Source: Stramenopiles sp. TOSAG23-2 (taxonomy: Eukaryota). Taken from it: a stretch of DNA of 35,210 bases. Shown here in pieces: positions 21,606 through 30,275 of this stretch; position 1 is the stretch's first letter, and each line of letters opens with the position of its first letter. The stretch covers positions 1 to 35,210 of the forward strand of contig LT649344.1 of assembly GCA_900128395.1 (NCBI GenBank), read 5' to 3'. The notes beneath the pieces were generated by a model. The model had not been told where the DNA came from. It searched no databases and saw only the letters and a list, made by a program, of their open reading frames with translations. The translations under genes and the position numbers were made by a program.

Positions 21606-23613
21606 CGACATGTTCATTACGCTTATTGGTTAGATTTGTTATATCACTTTCTTTTTGTTTCAACATTCCTTCTAATTCTGTTATACGTTCAATTTTTGTA
21701 TTTATAATATCTAATTGAGTTTTTCTTTCTAATCCATTTTTATGGTTTATTTCTTCTATATCTTTTTTCCCTTTTTCACTAGTTTCGTTTAATCTTCGGT
21801 TCAAATTTTCCTTATCAGTATACAGCTCTTGTATATTTTTTTCCAACATATCAATTTTTTCTAAGAAGTTTCTTTCCTTTTCCATCGCATCATATAACAG
21901 AGTTTTATTTTGCTTACCATTATCCATCTCCTCTGTCAAAGCTTCCTGTAAATTAGCCAATTGCTCTGCTGCTCGTCCTTGGCCATCAGCAAAACGCTTG
22001 GAATCTTCGCTATTTTTATTTTGCAACCTTTCATGGGCTACTTCAACGGCTTTTAATTGAGCTTCCAATTGCTCAAGTGTTGATTTTGTTTTTGCTTCAA
22101 CTTCTTCCCTGATTCTAATTTGCATTAACTCTAACTCTTTTTGATGTTGTAATCGCTCATTCATATAATTAGTAGTCGCTTCTTGCAGCTTCTTGTTTAA
22201 ATTATCATGCATTTCTGCCATTTTTTTGCGGCGGTCTTCAGCATGTGCACGGCCATCCTCTGCAATTTTTAATTGTATGCGCATCGCTTCCCGTTCATCA
22301 CTACGTGCAGCTTTCACGGCTTTTTCTTTACTTTCTTCAACAGCTAATAATACGCTTTGATTTTTACTAATTTCAGCATGTAGTTCTTCTAATTGCTTTT
22401 CCAACGATTCACGTACAGTTTGATTACGAGCAATTTCAGCATTTGCGTCTTTTAAATTATTTTCAGCGTGTCGTGCAGCTTCTCGCAGCTCAACGGTGTT
22501 TTTTTTTGAATTTAACTCATAATTCGTAATCGTTTCTTTTTCTTTTCTTAACTGTTCTTCCGCGTCTTTTAATTTTTCACTAATCAATTTAATGTGTCCT
22601 TCATATTTTTCTATCGTATCTTTATGCTCAATTTTCTCTTTCTCTAAAGAGCTAACCATTTTTTCTAAATGACTTTTACATCTTGTATGCGCTCGTACCT
22701 CTGTATCGTATTTTGTTCCGATCTCCCTTGTTTCTGCCCTAGAGATCCTCAAACGATCCTCCAATGTTCGTATGCATAATATTGCACCTTGTAAGCTATG
22801 TGGAACCGCCATTTCAATTTCACGCCTTTCTTGTGATAATGATTGGTTGTAAGAACGTTGCTGTAATTTATTAGTCTTTACCACATTCTTAGTATCAACT
22901 TTTTCTTCCATCGTGATATCTAGTTTATTTTCAGCAGATAGCACATTTTGGTCATCTTCAGAAGTTATGCTTTTATCATCTTCTTCATTTTCAGAAACTT
23001 TATTACTATCATTTAAGCGATTTCTTGACAGGGCATTATGAATTTTACTGAGAGACTCTTCTGTTGCTCCATTACCACTTATTTCTAAATTCAACAAAGT
23101 TTTATTATCGTCTAACGCCGATGCTAAAGCTCTTGAACCAGAGGTTCCCATTCCATTCCATCTAAGATCAACGCGCAATAACGACGTGTTTGTCCGCAAT
23201 GCACTTGCTATGGAAACAGCACCATCTGAACCTATACGATTGTTCCTTAAATCTAAATTATTTAAACTTTTATGACGTGAAATAGCATTAGATAGCGCTC
23301 GTATACCATCTGGAAAGACACCGCAGCTATTCCATTCCATGGACAAAGTACGCAAATTATCAGTCTCGTTAATTGCGTTCGCTATAAGTACAACTGCGTC
23401 TCCCCGCAATTGGTTACCACGCAAATCCAAAGATGTCAATTTTTTATTTTTACGTATATGTTGTGCTAAAATTCGAACGTCTTTTATTGATAAACAACAG
23501 TCAGCCAAGACAACAGAATCTGAGCCTGCTTTTTCCAACGCTTTCAGTGTTTGTTCAACACGTACTCCACTACCTCTCAATTTCGTTGTAGTTGAAGTTG
23601 ATAATACCGACAT
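21541..23613 (-). CDS. LRRC45: Leucine-rich repeat-containing protein 45 (centriolar LRR plus coiled coil, 690 aa)
   Basis: RI-type LRRs in the LRRC45 order (LDLRGNQL, LSMEWNS, LDLRNNRI, VDLRWNGMG, LEISGN), followed by a ~400-aa coiled coil. Confidence 0.8.
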   Translation of the reverse strand: MSVLSTSTTTKLRGSGVRVEQTLKALEKAGSDSVVLADCCLSIKDVRILAQHIRKNKKLTSLDLRGNQLRGDAVVLIANAINETDNLRTLSMEWNSCGVFPDGIRALSNAISRHKSLNNLDLRNNRIGSDGAVSIASALRTNTSLLRVDLRWNGMGTSGSRALASALDDNKTLLNLEISGNGATEESLSKIHNALSRNRLNDSNKVSENEEDDKSITSEDDQNVLSAENKLDITMEEKVDTKNVVKTNKLQQRSYNQSLSQERREIEMAVPHSLQGAILCIRTLEDRLRISRAETREIGTKYDTEVRAHTRCKSHLEKMVSSLEKEKIEHKDTIEKYEGHIKLISEKLKDAEEQLRKEKETITNYELNSKKNTVELREAARHAENNLKDANAEIARNQTVRESLEKQLEELHAEISKNQSVLLAVEESKEKAVKAARSDEREAMRIQLKIAEDGRAHAEDRRKKMAEMHDNLNKKLQEATTNYMNERLQHQKELELMQIRIREEVEAKTKSTLEQLEAQLKAVEVAHERLQNKNSEDSKRFADGQGRAAEQLANLQEALTEEMDNGKQNKTLLYDAMEKERNFLEKIDMLEKNIQELYTDKENLNRRLNETSEKGKKDIEEINHKNGLERKTQLDIINTKIERITELEGMLKQKESDITNLTNKRNEHVGNIEVKVINEIRKVFNDSMAK

Positions 23614-24423
23614 GATCCTCCTGTTTCTATAAATATCCGTATTTACCTTCCTTTTTCTTTTGCTTTAAAGATGGAAGCAAATTGTTATTACGTATAATCA
23701 CTTAATTTTGAAAAATAGTTTGTATGCATTTGTAACATTATAATGTTGTTATTTAATATTTAAATATATAATTCCAAATAATAATTTCAATAATAAATAA
23801 TAATTGCAGCACAACAATTATAATAATATAATAAGCTACCACCAGGTTTAGGTGGTAGCCCCAATGCCCCAATACAACGCAGGTTAAGGTATACTGTAGT
23901 ATGGCATAACCAACGTTCAGAAAAAAATAATTTTTTCGTCTCTAGTGTCGCACCTTCACTTGCTGTCGTCTATTATTATACTAAAGTAAATAGAGCCTAG
24001 CTGTAAGGCTAGTCTACCGTCTGTCGTCTCCTATATGATGTGGGCTGGCCCAGCTGGTGGGCTGTGGTGGGCAACATAAACAGCAGACTTCTTTTTTCCT
24101 ATTGGATGTATTCCAGTATTCCAGCAGTAGTATTATATCTCGAATAGTAGAGTAGCAGCACAGTATTAATAATAGTAATAAGTAAAATTGTGTATAATAA
24201 ATAATAATTGCTTTTACTACTTTAACTTTACTTTAACTTTAACATTAACAGTTAATAAATGTATTCATACATAATTGTAAAAGCTATAATTATTGTGTTG
24301 TTAAGTCTAAAATTAGCATCTGTCTGTCGCTTCAGCCAGTTGGTTTTTTTCATAGCAGTATAAACAATTTAATATAAGCTAAAAATATATTTAACAGCAA
24401 TTTAAGAAGACGAAGATTGAAGC

Positions 24424-26391
24424 ATGTCATCTGATGAAAACTACTCAGAGGACGATTTCGAAGATGATTTTGAGGATTTAACGGAAACTGGAACACCAGC
24501 TAACGCTGACGAACTAGAGGAGACTGCGGAGGATATGCTAGAGGACAGCAATCAATTAAATGATGCAACTACAAAGAATGAAAATGTTGTGCACGTATGT
24601 GCTGATGGTGGTGGGGAAATCACGTCTACCGTTGTTCAGCAACCAACAGACCCACTACAATTGACTACTGTAACCAAATCACCGATGTCAAGGCAAAAAC
24701 GATGGTCCGACGTATGTAACGCTTCTAATAATGATAAAAATGATATTAATAATGCCTCTATACCGAAAATAAGTATTCCACCGCCATTACCAAAAAATAA
24801 TGATAATACAAGTCTAGCTATAAAAGAGCATAGAAAAAAAATTGAAAGTGAAAACAAGAAAAAGCGTAACAAACTCAAGAGTACCTATGAAAAAAATGTA
24901 AAAAATAAAGTCGATCATGTTGTAAAGTTACAGATAACGCCGCGAACGGCAAGCGAGAACTACAGAATGCCATATGCTAATAATCTTAAGAAAAACCAGA
25001 AGAAAAAAGTTAACAGTATTATAAAGAATCAAGTGCACAATCAAAAAAAAAATAAACATAGCAATATAAATGATACATCTACACAAAGCCCATCGATAGA
25101 AAGAGAGAAACAAAGACATTTAAAAAAAATATCTAAAGTGGCTGAAAAAAAGAGAAAAGAAAAACGCAAGAAACAACGCAAGAAATTGATTGATAGAATC
25201 AAAAATAGAAACAGATTAAATCACCCCTCTTCATATGGCCGCGGTAATAATAAATCGCGGAACGGATCAGTATCATTAAATGCATTTTTAGCAATGAAAG
25301 CTTCCCCTTCTTTACCAACATTTAATTTGCCGAAACACCAAGTTAAAAAGAACAATATTGCAACATATGCATCAGCGGTTCCTAGTCCAATTAGGGCCAA
25401 GACAATGCCTAGTCCATCTATAATGACTGCTATTCCAAATGCAGTATGGCAAATCCATGCAAAATTAAACAAAAAAGAGTTGCATTTAAAGGCAAAAGAG
25501 AGGGCTTTGCAAGCATGTGAAGATGCGTTGGTTGCTAGGGAAAAAGCTATTACAATACGCGAAAATGCAATTGAACAAAAAATTTTAAATTTGGGTCTTC
25601 ATGAATATGATCCTGAAAATATTGATTCTAATGCGCAGTCGTCTAAAAACAGCTATAATTTTGGAAATAAACAGAAAGTGAAAGGTAATTTATTACCATC
25701 ATTTGCGTCAAACACAAGATGCCCAAGAAGTTTAGGTATCGATGACAATGAAAGTACAGACGTTAAAAATGAATGTATTAGCAGTGATGATGATACAGAT
25801 ACAACTAATGCCCATATTAATGAAAAAAATGATTATATTGAGACAGAACCGTGTGAAAACAATACAAAAAACATGGAACCGGAATCAATGTCGTCTCAAT
25901 TATTGAATTTATTTAAAGGCGCAACAAAGGCGAAAAAAGACAATGGTAGAAATGATTGTCAAGAATGGTGTGATACAGTCGATAAAACTGCATATTTCAA
26001 GAAAAATGATAATAATCTGGGATACTTATCAAATAACAACGATCCAACGACACCTTCAACACCATACGATAACAACGTTGTTATTGGCGATGACGATGAT
26101 TCTCTAGAAAGGATACAAACAAATGATGGTGGTACTGATCGGGTAAATAATAGTGAAAATATAATTCCACCTAACGGTTTTCTACCGTCATTAAACAAAA
26201 AAAAACATACCATAGAAAAAAGAAAAAAACTGAAAAAACTTTGTAGAAGCAAAAAAATCACTAATAGAAACGGGCTCAAAGGTTCTGCTACCAATATTTC
26301 TCCAAAGTATTATCATAACAGAAGTAATAACCGGAAAATATATAGTGGATTGTATAGTGTAGCTCGACCATCAATAAGTAAATTTCTATGA
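24424..26391 (+). CDS. Hypothetical low-complexity protein with a short coiled coil (655 aa)
   Basis: Long ORF; acidic N-terminus (YSEDDFEDDFED), K/N-rich body and coiled-coil segment LNKKELHLKAKERAL... Confidence 0.75.
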   Translation: MSSDENYSEDDFEDDFEDLTETGTPANADELEETAEDMLEDSNQLNDATTKNENVVHVCADGGGEITSTVVQQPTDPLQLTTVTKSPMSRQKRWSDVCNASNNDKNDINNASIPKISIPPPLPKNNDNTSLAIKEHRKKIESENKKKRNKLKSTYEKNVKNKVDHVVKLQITPRTASENYRMPYANNLKKNQKKKVNSIIKNQVHNQKKNKHSNINDTSTQSPSIEREKQRHLKKISKVAEKKRKEKRKKQRKKLIDRIKNRNRLNHPSSYGRGNNKSRNGSVSLNAFLAMKASPSLPTFNLPKHQVKKNNIATYASAVPSPIRAKTMPSPSIMTAIPNAVWQIHAKLNKKELHLKAKERALQACEDALVAREKAITIRENAIEQKILNLGLHEYDPENIDSNAQSSKNSYNFGNKQKVKGNLLPSFASNTRCPRSLGIDDNESTDVKNECISSDDDTDTTNAHINEKNDYIETEPCENNTKNMEPESMSSQLLNLFKGATKAKKDNGRNDCQEWCDTVDKTAYFKKNDNNLGYLSNNNDPTTPSTPYDNNVVIGDDDDSLERIQTNDGGTDRVNNSENIIPPNGFLPSLNKKKHTIEKRKKLKKLCRSKKITNRNGLKGSATNISPKYYHNRSNNRKIYSGLYSVARPSISKFL

Positions 26392-26607
26392 TATGACATA
26401 CTATATTAAACTAAATTATATTTTTTATTAATTATATGTGTTTTTCTCTTTTACTCATTAAATATTATAAATAATATAGTGGATTGTATAGTGTAGCTCG
26501 ACCATCAATAAGTAAATTTCTATGATATGACATACTATATTAAACTAAATTATATTTTTTATTAATTATATGTGTTTTTCTCTTTTACTCATTAAATATT
26601 ATAAATA
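26340..26607 (+). repeat. 134-bp tandem duplication covering the stop codon of the upstream CDS
   Basis: 26340-26473 repeated at 26474-26607. Confidence 0.9.
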
Positions 26608-26640
26608 TTTTAATATAATATATGATATAATTAATAAAGT

Positions 26641-26951
26641 TTACGCATAAGTTACGACTCGTACGTATTTTTTAATTTACTCAATAATAATTCCTACTCT
26701 TCAAAAGAATATACAATAATTGTAATTAATCTACGAGTATCTCACACTAGTGTGTTGATATACCCGTAAATATTAATTTAATTAATATGTGCATAAACTT
26801 ATTTATTAATTTACTCATGATAATTCCTACTCTCCAGAAAGAATACAATAACTGAATATCTATTTGCCTCCATTGGTTTTCTCTTTTACGAGGGTGTTGA
26901 CACACTAGTGTGAGATAGATTATTGCCTTCAGTTATGATACATTATTCTTT
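26641..26951. repeat. Cluster of tail-to-tail spacer repeat copies E (26641-26761, -), F (26791-26863, -) and G (26857-26951, +)
   Basis: Two reverse-complement copies (TAATTTACTCA..TAATTCCTACTCT..AAAGAATA) and one forward copy (ATCTATTTGCCTCCATTGG...CACACTAGTGTGAGATAGATTATTGCCTTCAGTTA). Confidence 0.8.
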
Positions 26952-27012
26952 TGGGTCTAGTACTTCGTACGAACGTGATATGAGATATATTAAAATATAA
27001 TATATACAATCC

Positions 27013-28734
27013 TTACGTGCCACCGAATCCCGGATTTCTAATAATTTTTTCTCCTTGGCCATCCAGTCTCCAGGCAACAATTTCCCCATAATCATCAACA
27101 GACCATGCATGGCAATTTGGTTCCACAACAATATCATTCACAGTCCCAGAACAACCATCTAAAGATTTCAATATCTCGCCATATGAACTATCCCATATTA
27201 TCATCTTATTATCCTTCATACCAGTAACTAAAGGGCCATTGTTGTACGGGCCGAAGCTTATGGATACAATTTCTGAATTTGTTGGTTTAAAATCCAACCG
27301 TTTTTCTGGAACTTTACCTTTTTTTGCCCGTACAAACCACTTCTGTATGCAATATTCGTCTCGCTTATTTTGCCCAGCAATAAACATAAATGGTGGGAAA
27401 TGTGGTCTCATGCCACGTTTCTTATTTTTATCTTTATCATTGCCATTGGTACTGCCACGCTTGCTTGATCTTCTACCACCATTTTCTTTGGGTGCTTCTA
27501 ACTTATGATGACCATGACTTGGTGCATACCAACTTGCTCCAACATCTGGTGTTTGACCCAATAATATATGGCTAACTGTTCTCATGTTAGGTAAAATAAT
27601 ATTTTTATGCAATATGTCTATCCTATTTTCTTTCACGAACCATATACGTATGGACAATAATCCAGATTTTTCCCTACCAGCAGAATATAAATGTACAGAA
27701 TCGGCACCACAAACGCATTTTAAATATTCAATTGCTTGTTCAGATTCATGAGCTAATTTTTGTAATTTCATTTCGTTAAAGTTGGGCGATGCGTAATTAG
27801 ATGCACCTTTAAATCCTCTGTTTTTTTTTCTATTCCGAGATACCCGACGCCATTCAATATCATGCCAATTTTCCCAATAAAATCCACGTATTGTACCTGC
27901 ATTATCCCCTATAAACATATATTGCCTCAATGTTGTGAATGCGGTAATCTCCGTTGGATGTTCAATTTCTAACACTTCTCGTAATTCTCTTTTAGCATGT
28001 AAAACATTGCTATTACTCTTGCTATTTTCATTCCCCTCGCTATTGTTGGTGTCTCGTCGACTTGTCGGAGATGCCCCCATAACATCTTGATATGTCCTTG
28101 GTTTTGGAAATATTTGCCACACTTTTATGCCGTAAGTCATAGTGCCTTTTTCCAACCCTTGGCCAAAGGAATTAAGCACAAAGTTTTTTAAATACGATAG
28201 TGTACTAGCTAAATATCGCGGTTGGGAGCTATCTAAAAATTCGATTGAATTGACAAAAATTATCTTACTAGTTGAAGCTTCGACTTTTCCACCATGACCG
28301 TCTGTCGCGCGTCCAATTTCGGTTAATGATGGGCAATGTACTGCCACTTCTAACTTTGGTGTGGCAGCACCGAAATTTTTACGCTGCTTCATATTATTAT
28401 TAATTCCTCCCATATTATTTTTCCCGTTTAATAGACCACGGTCCGCCCGGTGCAGTTCCCAAACATTGATTTCATACTTTTGCAACAAGCCTTCTCCTAC
28501 TTCATGTAAAGTTGCAATTAGCTTTTTTGTTGAACTCAAACCTAATAATTTACCACCTGGAGCGTATGCTCTTGACAATGCTATAATTTCTTCCCATTCC
28601 GTATAGGCAACTTTAATAGCTCGACCTGGACGTCGCAATTTACTAACAACATATGTAGATTCGAAATCGTTCAAGTCGTAATCATAATCTGAGCGACGTT
28701 GGTTACAACAAGCAGTGGCTCCAACGTTTCCCAT
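27013..28734 (-). CDS. WD40-like repeat protein with a predicted N-terminal acylation motif (573 aa)
   Basis: WD-like units ITAF..MFIGDNAGTIRGFYW, LYSAG..IRIW, LVTGMKDNKMIIWD and WSVDDYGEIVAW; starts MGNVGATACC. Confidence 0.7.
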   Translation of the reverse strand: MGNVGATACCNQRRSDYDYDLNDFESTYVVSKLRRPGRAIKVAYTEWEEIIALSRAYAPGGKLLGLSSTKKLIATLHEVGEGLLQKYEINVWELHRADRGLLNGKNNMGGINNNMKQRKNFGAATPKLEVAVHCPSLTEIGRATDGHGGKVEASTSKIIFVNSIEFLDSSQPRYLASTLSYLKNFVLNSFGQGLEKGTMTYGIKVWQIFPKPRTYQDVMGASPTSRRDTNNSEGNENSKSNSNVLHAKRELREVLEIEHPTEITAFTTLRQYMFIGDNAGTIRGFYWENWHDIEWRRVSRNRKKNRGFKGASNYASPNFNEMKLQKLAHESEQAIEYLKCVCGADSVHLYSAGREKSGLLSIRIWFVKENRIDILHKNIILPNMRTVSHILLGQTPDVGASWYAPSHGHHKLEAPKENGGRRSSKRGSTNGNDKDKNKKRGMRPHFPPFMFIAGQNKRDEYCIQKWFVRAKKGKVPEKRLDFKPTNSEIVSISFGPYNNGPLVTGMKDNKMIIWDSSYGEILKSLDGCSGTVNDIVVEPNCHAWSVDDYGEIVAWRLDGQGEKIIRNPGFGGT

Positions 28735-29436
28735 GCCTGGATAAAAATGAAATTATAACTTTTATCTATTGAAGCCACTGTACTTGCAATTATCAAACCT
28801 CACCTTTATGATGATTATTTTAAAATGAATAATAAAATATAATTAGACTAGACTATATATATATAGATTAATTTCATTATTATACTATTATTATATTTCT
28901 AAATAATAATAATAATAATAATATATATAATTAATAATAAAAAATAATAATATAATAATATAATAATATATATAATAATACCAGGAGGAGGAGGATAATA
29001 AGGAGAGAATAGAAGAATATTGCTGGATTGGTGCATTGCCTGGATTGCCAGATTGCAACAATTGATGAAATAAGGATCCATTCAAGATTTGATATAGGGC
29101 CATTTAAAATAGAGCAAGCCTGGCCCGCTGGCCAGCGCAGCTATACTGTAAACAAAGAATGCTAAATTACAGTTCTTCTTATTTGCCCCTTAAATAATTA
29201 TTAGAAAAATTAATAATTAAATACCAGCAGGACTGTTGCGACTAGCTAGAGCTAGCTGGCTAGCTACTAGTCCAGACTACATTTTTTTTTTTTTATTTAC
29301 CATTAATTTCGAATTAATATTTAGTAGTACTCGAATTACATCATGCATGTGGTGTGGATGGATACGATATAATAATACGATGCAAACATTGTCATACGCA
29401 TTACGAAATTGTAGAAATATATAGCGTGCAACAACA

Positions 29437-30130
29437 ATGGCAAAAACCAATAGAAGTAAGCTTCAAACATGTAAAGCTTGTCGATATGGAAAATGTCAAA
29501 AACAATAGAAGTAAGCTTCAAACATGTAAAGCTTGTCGATATGGAAAATGTCAAGAAAATGATAAATTTTGTAGTCAATGTGGAAACAATCTGAGTAATA
29601 GTAAGGAGAGGAAAAAGAGGAAATGTAATTATAAAATGAAGATATCAGATTTCAATAATGGTGTGCTGATAATATGTATTGTCTTTGGATTTTGTATATT
29701 AAATACGTTCTCGCAAGTTAATGCGCATGAACATAGGGGTCATAATCATCATCATCATAAACATGATGAAGATGTATGTGCTAATAGCGATGACCCCGCA
29801 GCTTGTAATGAAAAACAATATGGAGAAAATGCTAATTTATTCCACAAAGTTGGAAAAGTTTTCAATGCAGAAAAACGACGACAACGACGTGAAAACCACA
29901 ACACTGCAGATGCTGTTGAAAATGGGCCGAAAGAAATATCATTATATTGCCCCTCAGATCCACAAGTGCGTATTGTTGATTTGGATGAAGCAGAACGTGA
30001 TCGAGATATTTGCTTAGTATTAAATATAGCTGCACCTGATATCAATTCCAGACTAGTAATATTTTGTAACTCTGAGAGTGGTAGTGAATTTACTAATGCA
30101 AGAAATTCAACAGAGTCGGAAGATACTTGA
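29437..30130 (+). CDS. Zinc-ribbon + transmembrane + His-rich protein (~212 aa); 5' end disturbed by a 55-bp duplication
   Basis: CKAC-x10-CSQC, hydrophobic GVLIICIVFGFCIL and HEHRGHNHHHHKH. ATG 29437 comes into frame if one copy of 29448-29502 is removed. Alternative in-frame ATGs are at 29486 and 29636. Confidence 0.6.
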
Positions 30131-30275
30131 AAAAAAATCATCTCCGTAATCATATATACTCGTATTATATCATTACGTAGGTTTCAAGCCATTCCGTATT
30201 CTTATTAAAAATTAATACATTCAGTAATATGTACCACGTACATTGATCTGCCAGCTTCATATATATATCTAATAT

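Noticed and set aside
23835-23859. GCTACCACC/GGTGGTAGC hairpin as a Helitron 3' end or terminator (also 19328-19347)
   Set aside because: No downstream CTRR end or second copy; 9-bp stems can arise by chance.
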